Source: Gemmatimonas sp. (GTDB lineage Bacteria; Gemmatimonadota; Gemmatimonadetes; Gemmatimonadales; Gemmatimonadaceae). From it: 64,000 nucleotides of DNA. A program made the translations under genes and the position numbers. The notes beneath the pieces were generated by a model, which saw nothing but the letters and a program-made list of their open reading frames with translations, did not search any database and was not told the origin of the DNA. Shown here in pieces: positions 9,471-19,627 of this stretch (its first letter is position 1; each line of letters begins with the position of its first letter). The stretch spans positions 2,272,001 to 2,336,000 of the forward strand of contig OZ257156.1 in the NCBI GenBank assembly GCA_965279375.1, given 5' to 3'.

Positions 9471-10745
9471 TCAGTGCGCCATGTGTCGTGAATCGGTGGG
9501 CTGGAACGGCTCAGCGAGGACACCATAGCGCCCCATCCGCGAGCGCATGGTGCCCAGGTGCAATCGCGCGCCCACACTGATCGACAGCTGCGAAGCGTTG
9601 CCGTAGAACGACGCCGGATCGAACACGGCCGGGAATCGCCGAGCCGCCGCGTGCGCACGCGAGAGTTCCACGAACGCGCTCGCATGCGCGAAACGAACGG
9701 GAGCCACCGGCGGTGTCGCCAGCTGCACGGTCGCGATCTTCCATTGCGTCACGCCGATGATCTGAAAATCCACGTGGCCGTTGGCCGTACGAAAGGGATC
9801 GAGCAGTCGCTCGTTCTCTGGCCGCTCGGTCCGTTCAACGCGCAGCGCCATCTGCCAGCCACGATGCGACGCCATCCCTTCAGCCAGCACGCTTTCGAAT
9901 CGAAACACACGCCGTCCGCGCAAGGACTCGTCGGTGCGCGCAAACTCCACGAGGAGCCTTCGGGATTCGCCGCGCGCGTTCGGCCGGTCCACACGCACCG
10001 ACGCGCTCCGCTGCACATGATCGAACGCGCCGCCCTGAATCAGCCCCGGCGATTTCACGAATGCGCCGCTTCCCTGCAGCTCGAGGCCGCGCAGCGGATG
10101 CACCGTCAGACGCGTGGTGCGTGAGTCGCCCACGCGCGACCACTGCGGCGCTGAGAATGGTGCGTACGGTTCATCGCCGTTGAAGCGCGCATGCTCCAGC
10201 ACAATGTCGCGCACGCCGCTGCGCAATCGCACCGCGCCAATGACCTGCGCTCGCTCGATGATCTGCGCGTGGTGGTGATTGACCGGATAGCTGATCAACG
10301 CGCGCATCATCGGATCGTCGGTGCCGTACGGCGTGAAGCCCTTGCCCGCCGCCAGTGACGCGCTCACTGCGCGCTCCCGCGGCGACGACATCGACAGCAT
10401 CGCCTCGTGCACGAACGTATGCGGGTGCCGACGGTCCACGTACCCTTCGCCGTACATGCCCGCGTTGAGTTCACCGCGCCGCAGCGTGTACCCCTCGAAA
10501 TTGAACGTACCGAGCAACTCGAACGGGCCGCGCCGTGCGTCAACCATCGCGTTGGGCTGCGTGAAGTACCCCTCGGTGCGCGAGGCGCCGAGGTAGGCGG
10601 GATCGGCGCGAGTTGCCACGCCGATCGCCATGGCACCGACGGAAAACGCACGCGCGTCGGGGGCAGACTGCCCGCCGACGCGCGTGGATGTAGCCAAGCT
10701 CACAACAAGGACCGCCGCAGCACACGGCAGCTTCGCGAATCGCAT
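9471..10745 (-). CDS. Hypothetical exported protein, possibly an outer-membrane beta-barrel, His-rich
   Basis: Signal peptide, alternating beta-strand pattern, DRRHPH and NHHH motifs. Confidence 0.6.
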   Translation of the reverse strand: MRFAKLPCAAAVLVVSLATSTRVGGQSAPDARAFSVGAMAIGVATRADPAYLGASRTEGYFTQPNAMVDARRGPFELLGTFNFEGYTLRRGELNAGMYGEGYVDRRHPHTFVHEAMLSMSSPRERAVSASLAAGKGFTPYGTDDPMMRALISYPVNHHHAQIIERAQVIGAVRLRSGVRDIVLEHARFNGDEPYAPFSAPQWSRVGDSRTTRLTVHPLRGLELQGSGAFVKSPGLIQGGAFDHVQRSASVRVDRPNARGESRRLLVEFARTDESLRGRRVFRFESVLAEGMASHRGWQMALRVERTERPENERLLDPFRTANGHVDFQIIGVTQWKIATVQLATPPVAPVRFAHASAFVELSRAHAAARRFPAVFDPASFYGNASQLSISVGARLHLGTMRSRMGRYGVLAEPFQPTDSRHMAH

Positions 10746-10772
10746 CCGCTGCAGTGCCAAGCGGTGCAGCGT

Positions 10773-12284
10773 TTACTTGAGCGGCTTGTACTTGTAGCCG
10801 ATGATGCCCGGTGCCGTGCCCTTGAGCGTGACGTCCTTGCGCTCACCCTTCTTGATCGGGCCAACCGACTGCGTGTCCGTCGCCACGGTGGCGCCCTTCG
10901 CGTCGAGGAATTCGACCGTCACGCTGTACGTGCCCGGCGCGGCCGCCTGCTGTTCGACTGACAGCGTCAGCGACGACGACGCGCTCGCGCGCTGGAAGCC
11001 CGTGACTTCGACCTTGGCCGGCAGCGCTTCGGCGAGCGTGCGGTACTTCACCAGCGAGTCGGTCCACGCCTTCTTCTCGGCCGGAACCTTCGTGCCGTTC
11101 GCGATGCCCTGCGCGGCGTAGGCGTACATCATCCACGCGTCGAAGTTGTTCGGATCGATGGCGACCAGCTTGGCCGTCGGGTCGAACATCTTCTTGAACT
11201 CGTCCTTGCCGTAGTAGGTCGCGGCGAGGTTGCGCAGCGCGTCGCGCGAGGCCGGGTTCTTGGCCACGGCCGCTTCGAACATGATGCGCGCGTCATCGCT
11301 CTTGTTGGCGCGCGTCGCGATCACGCCGCCCATCGTCAGGGCGAAGTCGCCGAAGTTGCTCGGTGCCGCCAACAGGCCGGCGTACACCGTCGGCACTGCG
11401 GCCGAGTCGCCCGCGAGGTTGAGCGCGTCCGCCCACGAGTTCATCGTGTTCGGCGCATCGGCGCCATCCGGCGCAACGGCGAGCAACGCCTTGAGGTTCT
11501 CTGCAGCTTCACGCGCCATCGTCTTCTGCTCAGCGCCCTTGGCCGCCTGCGCCGATTCCAGCTGGCTCATGGCGAGGTAGTACAGGCTGCTGTTCTTCAG
11601 CTCGCGGTAGCTCGTGTCCGTGCCGGCCGCCTTGATGACGTCCTTCCAGTGACCCATCGCCGCTTCGCGATTGTTGCGCACGTTCGCGACGTTGGCCATG
11701 ACGTAATGCGGATACGGGCTTTCCTTGCTCAGGCGCAGCGAACGACTGGCGTAGTAGTCCGCCGAGTCGAGCTGACCGGAGTTGGACGCATCGAGCGCGC
11801 GACGCGTGAGCGCGAGCCACGCATCGTTCTGGCGGAGCGCGACGACTTCGTTGGCACACGACGGCGTCGTGGCGACGATCGTGTTGAACGCCGTGTCGAG
11901 ATGCGCGACGAGGTCGTACGGCTCCGTCGGATTCGTCACCATGCCCAGCGTGCCGCGCGTCGGCATGAAGCCGACACCCGGCTCGACGGCCCACATCACC
12001 AGCGCTTGGGACAACGTGTAGTTGTAGCCGGCGAGGTTCTTGGCGAAGCGCTCGGGCTTGGTGTCGAGCTCCTTCATGATCGCCATCAGTCCCTTCTTCC
12101 GGTCGTCCGGCGTTGCCGCGCCGCGCGCCTTCTGGAACGAGATCGACATCAACGCCAGTTCTTTGGGACTATTGGGATCGATGTTGCACACCGGGGCAAC
12201 ACCGCCGGGCTGGGCAACGACCGTCGCAGGGACAACCGTGGTGGCAGCCAGTGCAACCGCACCAGCAAGGAACGCCAGACGCAT
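10773..12284 (-). CDS. Exported TPR-repeat protein with a C-terminal Ig-like domain
   Basis: Signal peptide MRLAFLAG..AQ; TPR-like helices (NPASRDALRNLA, DPNNFDAW); beta-rich C-terminus; strongly biased codon usage. Confidence 0.75.
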   Translation of the reverse strand: MRLAFLAGAVALAATTVVPATVVAQPGGVAPVCNIDPNSPKELALMSISFQKARGAATPDDRKKGLMAIMKELDTKPERFAKNLAGYNYTLSQALVMWAVEPGVGFMPTRGTLGMVTNPTEPYDLVAHLDTAFNTIVATTPSCANEVVALRQNDAWLALTRRALDASNSGQLDSADYYASRSLRLSKESPYPHYVMANVANVRNNREAAMGHWKDVIKAAGTDTSYRELKNSSLYYLAMSQLESAQAAKGAEQKTMAREAAENLKALLAVAPDGADAPNTMNSWADALNLAGDSAAVPTVYAGLLAAPSNFGDFALTMGGVIATRANKSDDARIMFEAAVAKNPASRDALRNLAATYYGKDEFKKMFDPTAKLVAIDPNNFDAWMMYAYAAQGIANGTKVPAEKKAWTDSLVKYRTLAEALPAKVEVTGFQRASASSSLTLSVEQQAAAPGTYSVTVEFLDAKGATVATDTQSVGPIKKGERKDVTLKGTAPGIIGYKYKPLK

Positions 12285-12373
12285 GACGTCGACTCCTAAG
12301 CAGGGAAAAAGATGGACGCCAGCCCGGAAGGTGGGTGGCACGGGCGCTGTATGGTCCATTGATTGAAAACTAC

Positions 12374-13900
12374 ATGACCGAACGCATTCGCACCCGGTTT
12401 CTGGTCGTCGGCAGCGGGGTCGCTGGTTTACACACCGCCTGGCGCGCATCGGCTCACGGCGACGTGACGGTGCTCACCAAACGCTCGCTGTTCGACTCTG
12501 CCACGGCCTACGCCCAAGGGGGCATCGCGGCCGCCCTCGGCGCCGGCGACTCCCCCGAACTGCACCGACGGGATACGCTCGCCGCCGGTGCGGCGTTGTG
12601 CGACGCCGAGGCGGTGCAGGTACTGGTGGACGAGGGGCCCGCCCGCGTCCGCGAGCTCCAGGCCGCCGGCGCCCGCTTCGACCTCGACCCCGACGGCGAC
12701 TTCAAGCTGGGGAAAGAGGCGGCCCACTCCCGCCACCGCATCGTCCACGCCCAGGGCGACCAGACTGGCGCCGAGGTCGCGCGCACACTGGTGGCCAAGG
12801 TGCGGGAGAGCCGGAGCATTCGGGTGGAGGAGACCGCCCGCGTACTCGACTTGCTGATGGTCGACGACGGGGACGGAATCCCACAGTGCGCCGGCGTCCG
12901 GGCCAGCATCGCCGGCCGTGCGGTCGAGATCGTCGCCGACGCAACGGTGCTCGCCACCGGCGGGTGCGGCCAGATCTACCGCTATACGACCAATCCGCAG
13001 GTGGCCACGGGTGATGGGTTCGCCATCGCCCATCGTGCCGGTGCCCGGTTGGCCGACATGGAGTTCGTCCAGTTCCACCCCACCGCGCTGGATACCTCCG
13101 AGAACCCGCTGGCACTCATCTCCGAGGCGGTCCGCGGGGAAGGGGCGATCCTGCTCAACGGACGTGGCCAGCGCTTCATGCCCAAGCGGCACCGGTTGGC
13201 CGAGCTGGCCCCGCGCGATGTGGTGGCCCGTGAGATTTTCCGAGAGCAGCAAGCGCACGGCACGGTGTTTCTGGATGCGACCAAGCTCGGGCCTCAGTTC
13301 GCGGTGCGCTTTCCGGGGATTTTCGCGATCTGCCGCGCGCGCGGCATCGACCCGTCGCAGGAGCCGATCCCCGTCACCCCGGCTGCCCACTACATGATGG
13401 GCGGCGTCGTGACCGATCTTGCCGGCCGATCCAGCCTTCCCCGCCTGTACGCCGTGGGCGAGGTGGCGCGCACCGGCGTGCATGGGGCGAATCGGCTCGC
13501 TTCCAATTCGCTGCTCGAAGGGTTGGTCTTTGCCGAACGGGTGGCGCGCGATCTCATCGAGACCCCGCTCGACTTGCCTGTGCCGGAACAGGTTCCGTGG
13601 AACGTCCCGGCGCTGGACGACCGCGGCGCCGCGCAGGTGGCCGCCGATGAGATTCGTCAGCTCATGTGGGACTACGCGTCCATCGCGCGCACCGCGCCCG
13701 GACTGCGACGCTGTCTCGCGCAATTGCAGCACATCGGGGACCGACTTCCCCCCGGTGCCACGGAAGAGCGGAACCTGCACACCACCGCGACGCTAGTTGT
13801 GGAAGCGGCGCTCATGCGCAAGGAGTCGCGTGGAGGGCACTTCCGGAGCGATTTTCCAAAGGCCCGTCGCAAGTGGCAAGGGCGGCACATCACCTGGTGA
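12374..13900 (+). CDS. nadB: L-aspartate oxidase
   Basis: GSGVAGL FAD motif, AQGGIAA, EFVQFHPT, LISEAVRGEG, HYMMGG and GANRLASNSLLE. Confidence 0.96.
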   Translation: MTERIRTRFLVVGSGVAGLHTAWRASAHGDVTVLTKRSLFDSATAYAQGGIAAALGAGDSPELHRRDTLAAGAALCDAEAVQVLVDEGPARVRELQAAGARFDLDPDGDFKLGKEAAHSRHRIVHAQGDQTGAEVARTLVAKVRESRSIRVEETARVLDLLMVDDGDGIPQCAGVRASIAGRAVEIVADATVLATGGCGQIYRYTTNPQVATGDGFAIAHRAGARLADMEFVQFHPTALDTSENPLALISEAVRGEGAILLNGRGQRFMPKRHRLAELAPRDVVAREIFREQQAHGTVFLDATKLGPQFAVRFPGIFAICRARGIDPSQEPIPVTPAAHYMMGGVVTDLAGRSSLPRLYAVGEVARTGVHGANRLASNSLLEGLVFAERVARDLIETPLDLPVPEQVPWNVPALDDRGAAQVAADEIRQLMWDYASIARTAPGLRRCLAQLQHIGDRLPPGATEERNLHTTATLVVEAALMRKESRGGHFRSDFPKARRKWQGRHITW

Positions 13901-13931
13901 GCACAACGCCAGGCACTCCCAAGACTCCGAC

Positions 13932-14942
13932 ATGACGATCCTCGAAGCGCACTACGATCCCGCGCTCGCCTCGGAAATCCGCGAGCTGGCCGCACGCCGC
14001 AACGCGGTCATTCTCGCGCACAACTACGAACGCCCGGAAATCCAGGATGTCGCCGACTATGTCGGAGACTCACTCGGTCTCTCGCGCGAAGCCGCCAAGA
14101 CGAACGCCGACGTAATCGTGTTCTGCGGCGTGCACTTCATGGCAGAGACGGCGGCGATCCTGTCGCCGTCCAAGAAGGTGCTGCTCCCCGATCTCGCCGC
14201 CGGCTGCTCGCTGGCCAGCACGATCGACGCCGATCAGCTCCGCGCGTGGAAGGCCGAGCATCCGGGTGCGGTGGTGGTGGCGTACGTGAACACCACCGCC
14301 GAAGTGAAGGCGGAAAGCGACTACTGCTGCACGTCGGGCAACGCGGTCGAAGTGATCAACGCGATTCCGGCCGACACCGAGATTCTGTTTCTGCCGGACA
14401 TGTTCCTCGGCGCGCATGTCCGCCGCATGACGGGACGCACCAACATTCACGTCTGGCTGGGCGAGTGTCATGTGCACGCGGGCATCGACCCCGAGCACAT
14501 AACGCGTACGCGTGCGCAGCATCCGGGTGCGGAGTTTCTCATTCATCCGGAATGCGGCTGTGCCACGTCGGTGGTGGAAGCGATCTCCGCCGGTGCCGTG
14601 GATCCGAACGGTGCGCACATTCTCTCGACCGAAGGAATGATTCGTCGTCCCGCGCAGTCCAAGCAGGACACGTTCATCGTCGCCACCGAAATCGGCATTC
14701 TGCACCGCCTGCGTCGAGAGAATCCGACCAAGCACTTCATCGCCGCTAACGATCGTGCCTCGTGCGCGTACATGAAGGTCACGACGCTCCCCAAGGTTCG
14801 TGATGCGCTGGTGTACGAGCAGCACCGCATCACCGTGCCGGAAGACATCGCGGCGCGCGCGCGAACGGCGATCGAGCGCATGGTTGCCATCGGTGGTTCC
14901 CCCGCACCGTCCCCCTTCGGCCCAGAGGATCCCGGTGAATGA
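13932..14942 (+). CDS. nadA: Quinolinate synthase A
   Basis: ILAHNY, FCGVHFMAE, AGCSLA, ECHVH, HPEC and CAYMK (three Fe-S Cys). Confidence 0.96.
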   Translation: MTILEAHYDPALASEIRELAARRNAVILAHNYERPEIQDVADYVGDSLGLSREAAKTNADVIVFCGVHFMAETAAILSPSKKVLLPDLAAGCSLASTIDADQLRAWKAEHPGAVVVAYVNTTAEVKAESDYCCTSGNAVEVINAIPADTEILFLPDMFLGAHVRRMTGRTNIHVWLGECHVHAGIDPEHITRTRAQHPGAEFLIHPECGCATSVVEAISAGAVDPNGAHILSTEGMIRRPAQSKQDTFIVATEIGILHRLRRENPTKHFIAANDRASCAYMKVTTLPKVRDALVYEQHRITVPEDIAARARTAIERMVAIGGSPAPSPFGPEDPGE

Positions 14943-15910
14943 GTGAGTTCCACCCGCCATTGCGCGCGACGCCATCGAGCCCATTCGAGGCCATCAAGCG
15001 GCGCACGATCACGCCGCTGGACTCGCCTGCCGTGCGGGCCGGATCGGAGAATCCCTCGCTCTACTTCCCGCTCAGCGCCGACGAAACGACGGCGCTCGTG
15101 CGGGCAGCGTTGCTGGAAGACGAAGCCTTCGACGACATCTCCACCCTCGCCACCGTCGTCTCGACGCGTCATGTCCGCGCCACGATCGTCGCGCGACGCG
15201 ACGGATACATCGCCGGCCTTCCCCTCGCCGTCGAGGCGTTCCGGCAGCTCGATCCTTCAATCGTCGCACGCGTCGAGGCCGAGGACGGCACGCCGGTGCC
15301 GGCCGGTCATCCGGTGCTGCACCTCACCGGCCACGCGCGCGGCATGCTCTCCGCCGAACGCGTCGCGCTCAACTACCTGCAGCATCTGTCGGGTATCGCC
15401 ACGCTCACGGCGCGTTTCGTGGCGCTCGTGAACGGCACCAACGCGCGCATCCTCGACACGCGCAAGACGACGCCGGGATGGCGCCGACTCGAGAAGTACG
15501 CCGTGCGCGCAGGCGGCGGCACGAATCACCGGTTAACGCTGCGTACCGGCGTGCTGATCAAGGACAACCATCTCGCCGCGATCAACGGCGACATCGCCGC
15601 GGCCGTCACGCGTGCCCGCGCACTCGCCGAGGCCGGTACGCCGGTGCAGGTCGAGTGCGACACGCTCGATCAGGTGGATGCCGCACTCGCCGCCGGTGCC
15701 GACTGGATTCTGCTCGACAACATGCCGCTCGACATCCTCCGACAGGCGGTGGCCCGCGCCAAGGGACGCGCCGTCACTGAGGCGTCTGGTGGCGTTTCGC
15801 TGGACACGGTGCGCGACATCGCCGAGTGCGGCGTCGATCGCATCTCGATCGGAGCACTCACCCACTCGGCGCCGGCGCTCGACCTCGCGCTCGACTTCGA
15901 CGGCCTGTAG
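14939..15910 (+). CDS. nadC: Nicotinate-nucleotide diphosphorylase (carboxylating)
   Basis: ERVALN, DTRKTTPG, LIKDNH, LLDNM, EASGG and GALTHS. Confidence 0.96.
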   Translation: MSEFHPPLRATPSSPFEAIKRRTITPLDSPAVRAGSENPSLYFPLSADETTALVRAALLEDEAFDDISTLATVVSTRHVRATIVARRDGYIAGLPLAVEAFRQLDPSIVARVEAEDGTPVPAGHPVLHLTGHARGMLSAERVALNYLQHLSGIATLTARFVALVNGTNARILDTRKTTPGWRRLEKYAVRAGGGTNHRLTLRTGVLIKDNHLAAINGDIAAAVTRARALAEAGTPVQVECDTLDQVDAALAAGADWILLDNMPLDILRQAVARAKGRAVTEASGGVSLDTVRDIAECGVDRISIGALTHSAPALDLALDFDGL

Positions 15911-15924
15911 GCACATCTGACGTC

Positions 15925-16866
15925 ATGCCTGTCCGACTTCCTCCCGTTACTGATCGCGCGCAACGCCTGCTGTTCGAAGGCATCGTGGACTACGCTGGAC
16001 TGTTTCCGCCGGCGTCCGTTTCGATGAAGACGGCGGTCCGCAACTACGCCAACTATCGCGGTGGAGGCGCGGCGTGGATGCTGGGGCGCTTCGTCTGTCC
16101 CGCCAACGCGCTCGACGAGTTCTCCGCGCAGGCCGAAGTGCTGCTGCCACGCGATGCCGGTGCGATTCCATGGCGCTTGTCGGCGATCGGCAGCGCCGAC
16201 GCGGCGGCGGATATCGCCGCCATCGCGGCATTCAACGAGCGGCATCGCGTCTGCTTCGACGAAGTGGGCGCCGTGGTCGACTCGTACGAGACGCGCGTAA
16301 CGTCGGTGGAGGAGATCGCGAGCATCTCTGCGCGCCTGCCACGCGAGTTGACCACCTACTTCGAGTTTCCACTCGCCCCCGATCCCAAGACGTACGCGAC
16401 GGCGATCGCCCGCGTGAATCGGTGCGCGAAGCTGCGCCTCGGGGGACTCACGCCAGAAGCGTTTCCGTCCTCGAGTGATGTGATTCGCGCCATGGCTGCA
16501 TGCATCGCCGCGGGCGTGCCGACCAAGGCGACCGCAGGACTCCATCACCCGATCTGCGGTGACTACAAACTCACGTACGACGAGGCATCGCCCGTTGGGC
16601 CGATGTACGGCTTCGTGAATGTCTTTCTGGCCGCGGCGTATCTCGCGGCCGGCGGTCTGCACGACGAAGCGCAGCGACTGCTCCTCGAGCAGAACGCGCT
16701 CACCCTCGAGATCAATGATCACAGCATCGCGTGGCGCGGCGCGCACGGAACACACCATTTCGATCGCGAGCTGCTGCAGCGCGTGCGGGAGCGCGTCATG
16801 ACCAGCTTCGGCTCCTGCTCGTTCAACGAACCGGTGGACGAATCGCGACGACTGGGGCTCGCATGA
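15925..16866 (+). CDS. Conserved hypothetical protein coupled to fahA
   Basis: GIVDYAGLFPP, KLRLGG, KATAGLHH, GFVNV and SFGSCSFNEP; stop overlaps the fahA ATG. Confidence 0.8.
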   Translation: MPVRLPPVTDRAQRLLFEGIVDYAGLFPPASVSMKTAVRNYANYRGGGAAWMLGRFVCPANALDEFSAQAEVLLPRDAGAIPWRLSAIGSADAAADIAAIAAFNERHRVCFDEVGAVVDSYETRVTSVEEIASISARLPRELTTYFEFPLAPDPKTYATAIARVNRCAKLRLGGLTPEAFPSSSDVIRAMAACIAAGVPTKATAGLHHPICGDYKLTYDEASPVGPMYGFVNVFLAAAYLAAGGLHDEAQRLLLEQNALTLEINDHSIAWRGAHGTHHFDRELLQRVRERVMTSFGSCSFNEPVDESRRLGLA

Positions 16867-18224
16867 GTGCAGCGAGTGCAAACGGAGCCGTGGCGTTCGA
16901 CGCCACGGTGGACCCGGCGCGCCGCAGCTGGGTGCACAGTGCCAACGATGGCGTGACGCCGTTTCCCATCCAGAACCTGCCGTACGGCATCTTTCGAAGA
17001 GCCGGCACCCAGGAACAGCCTCGCGTCGGCGTCGCGATTGGCAGCAGCATCCTCGACCTTCCGGCCTGCATCGCGGCCAATCTGATCGACGGTACTAACA
17101 CTGCGTTGCAGCAGGCAGCCGCGGCTTGTGCGCATGCCTCGCTCAACACGCTCATGGCGTGCGAGGTGACCTCGCGCGTTGCTCTGCGCGCGGCGATCTC
17201 CGCGCTGCTGGCCGATTCGGCGCCAACGCATCAGCAGCAGATCGCCGCGTACGCGCTCGTCGCGCAAAGCGAGGCGGAACTGTTTTTGCCGGCCAATATC
17301 GGCGACTACACCGACTTCTACGCGTCCATGCATCACGCGACGAACGTGGGCTCGATGTTCCGCCCGGACAGCCCGCTGCTCCCCAACTACAAATGGGTGC
17401 CCATCGGCTATCACGGACGCGCGTCGTCGATCGTGGTCTCGGGTACCCCCATCCGTCGTCCATCGGGACAGCGCAAAGGCCCCGACGACGCGGTGCCATC
17501 GGTCGGCCCGTCTCGCTCGCTCGACTACGAACTCGAGCTCGGCGCGTTCGTCGCGCGCGGCAATGCACTCGGCGATACCATTGCGATCGCGGATGCGTCG
17601 TCGCACCTGTTCGGCTTCTGTCTGCTCAACGACTGGTCGGCCCGCGACATCCAGAGCTGGGAGTATCAGCCGTTGGGCCCGTTTCTGGCCAAAAACTTCG
17701 CCAGCAGCATAAGTCCGTGGGTGGTGACGATGGAGGCGCTCGCGCCGTTCCGTGCGCCGCTGGCCGCGCGAGCGGAGGGCGATCCGGCGCCGCTGCCGTA
17801 TCTGGATGACGCGACCGATCGTGCGCTGGGTGGACTTTCGGTCACGCTGGAGGTGTCGCTGCGCACCGCGAAAATGCGAACAGAAGGCGAGCCGGCGCAT
17901 CGGCTGACGCAGTCGAGTGCGCTCGATCTGTACTGGACGGCGGCGCAGTTGCTGGCGCATCACGCCAGCAGTGGCTGCAACATGCGTCCCGGCGATTTGC
18001 TGGGGAGCGGCACCATTTCCGGCGCGGCGAAGGACAGTCGCGGCTGTCTGTTGGAGCTGACGTGGCGCGGCGCGGAGCCGGTCACGCTCCCCAATGGCGA
18101 AGTGCGACGTTTCCTCGAGGACGGCGACGAAGTCATCATGACAGCGATCGCGGAGCGCGCAGGCGCCGTCCGCATCGGCTTTGGCGAATGCCGAGGAATC
18201 ATCGAGCACGCTGTCCGCAACTGA
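16863..18224 (+). CDS. fahA: Fumarylacetoacetase
   Basis: FPIQNLPYG, GDYTDFY, YHGRASS, LDYELE, NDWSARDIQ, PLGPFLAK and GSGTISG. Confidence 0.95.
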   Translation: MSAASANGAVAFDATVDPARRSWVHSANDGVTPFPIQNLPYGIFRRAGTQEQPRVGVAIGSSILDLPACIAANLIDGTNTALQQAAAACAHASLNTLMACEVTSRVALRAAISALLADSAPTHQQQIAAYALVAQSEAELFLPANIGDYTDFYASMHHATNVGSMFRPDSPLLPNYKWVPIGYHGRASSIVVSGTPIRRPSGQRKGPDDAVPSVGPSRSLDYELELGAFVARGNALGDTIAIADASSHLFGFCLLNDWSARDIQSWEYQPLGPFLAKNFASSISPWVVTMEALAPFRAPLAARAEGDPAPLPYLDDATDRALGGLSVTLEVSLRTAKMRTEGEPAHRLTQSSALDLYWTAAQLLAHHASSGCNMRPGDLLGSGTISGAAKDSRGCLLELTWRGAEPVTLPNGEVRRFLEDGDEVIMTAIAERAGAVRIGFGECRGIIEHAVRN

Positions 18225-18229
18225 CCGCC

Positions 18230-19627
18230 ATGAACGACCTGTTGTTTGCCCGATCGCAGATGGCGGTCTCTCTCGCCTTTCACATCATCTTCGCGGTGGT
18301 GGGCATTGGCATGCCCATGCTGATGGTGATCGCCGAGTGGCGGTGGTTCAAGGCGCGCGAACCGATCCTGCTCGAGCTGGCGAAGCGCTGGGCCAAGGGA
18401 ACCGCGATCCTGTTCGCCGTGGGTGCGGTGTCGGGCACCGTGCTGTCGTTCGAGCTCGGGTTGCTGTGGCCCGGCTTCATGGAGCACGCCGGGGCGATCA
18501 TCGGCATGCCGTTTTCGCTAGAAGGTTTTGCGTTCTTCACCGAAGCGATCTTCCTCGGCATCTACCTCTACGCGTGGAAGCGCATCTCACCCAAGGCCCA
18601 TCTGGCGGCCGGCGTTGTGGTGGCGTTCAGCGGTGCGTTGAGCGGTGCGTTCGTGGTGTGCGCGAATGCCTGGATGAATGCGCCGGCCGGCTTCAAGATC
18701 GTCAACGGCGAATTCACGGACATCGACCCGGTCGCCGCGATGTTCAACGCGGCCGCTGCGCCCGAGATCGTGCACATGACGTTGGCCGCATTCGCCGCAA
18801 CCGGCTTCGCGGTCGCGGGTGTGCATGCGTTCGCGTTGCTGCGCGGTACGCCGCATCGTGCCTTTCATCGCGCGGCGCTCCAGATCGCGCTCATCATGGG
18901 AGTGCCGGCCGCCTTGGTGCAGCCCATTTCCGGTGATTGGTCGGCGCGAGGCGTCGCTGAGCGGCAGCCGGTCAAGCTGGCCGCGATGGAAGGGCATCTG
19001 CGCACCGGGCCGGCGTCGTTGATGATCGGTGGCGTGCTCGATACGCGCACGCTCGAGCATCGCGGCGCGATCGAGATTCCGGGGGCACTCTCGCTGCTCT
19101 TGCACGGCGATCGCGACGCGAGCGTTCCCGGATTGGACAACGTGCCGCCGGCCGATCGTCCCCCTGTCGGTGTGGTGCACACGGCGTTTCAGATCATGAT
19201 CGCCTGCGGCATGGCGATGGCGGGTCTCGGTGTGTGGGCCGTGTGGCGTGCGCGTCGGCGCAAGCGCGGCCTTGGCGCCGCGCTCCCCGATGATCGCCGT
19301 TTCCTGCGTGCCGTCGTACTGGCCTCGCCGATGGGCTTCATCGCGCTCGAGGCCGGATGGACGGTGACGGAAGTGGGCCGACAACCGTGGATCGTGCAGG
19401 GCTTCATGCGCACCGCGGAAGCAGTCACGCCGATGCCCGGGCTCGTGGTGTCGTTCGTGCTCTTCTCACTGCTATACGTGGGTCTCGCCATCACGGTCGT
19501 GTTCCTGCTGTGGCGCCAGATCATCAAGACCGGCATCAGCGGACCGGCCGCGCCCATCAACATGACCAGCGAACTGCAGCTGCCGCCGCTCACGCCCACT
19601 GGCTCGTACCGCCTGTTTCGTGAGTGA
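18230..19627 (+). CDS. cydA: Cytochrome bd ubiquinol oxidase subunit I (short Q-loop / CioA type)
   Basis: FHIIF, EGFAFFTE, QPVKLAAMEG and TEVGRQPWIV. Confidence 0.95.
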   Translation: MNDLLFARSQMAVSLAFHIIFAVVGIGMPMLMVIAEWRWFKAREPILLELAKRWAKGTAILFAVGAVSGTVLSFELGLLWPGFMEHAGAIIGMPFSLEGFAFFTEAIFLGIYLYAWKRISPKAHLAAGVVVAFSGALSGAFVVCANAWMNAPAGFKIVNGEFTDIDPVAAMFNAAAAPEIVHMTLAAFAATGFAVAGVHAFALLRGTPHRAFHRAALQIALIMGVPAALVQPISGDWSARGVAERQPVKLAAMEGHLRTGPASLMIGGVLDTRTLEHRGAIEIPGALSLLLHGDRDASVPGLDNVPPADRPPVGVVHTAFQIMIACGMAMAGLGVWAVWRARRRKRGLGAALPDDRRFLRAVVLASPMGFIALEAGWTVTEVGRQPWIVQGFMRTAEAVTPMPGLVVSFVLFSLLYVGLAITVVFLLWRQIIKTGISGPAAPINMTSELQLPPLTPTGSYRLFRE

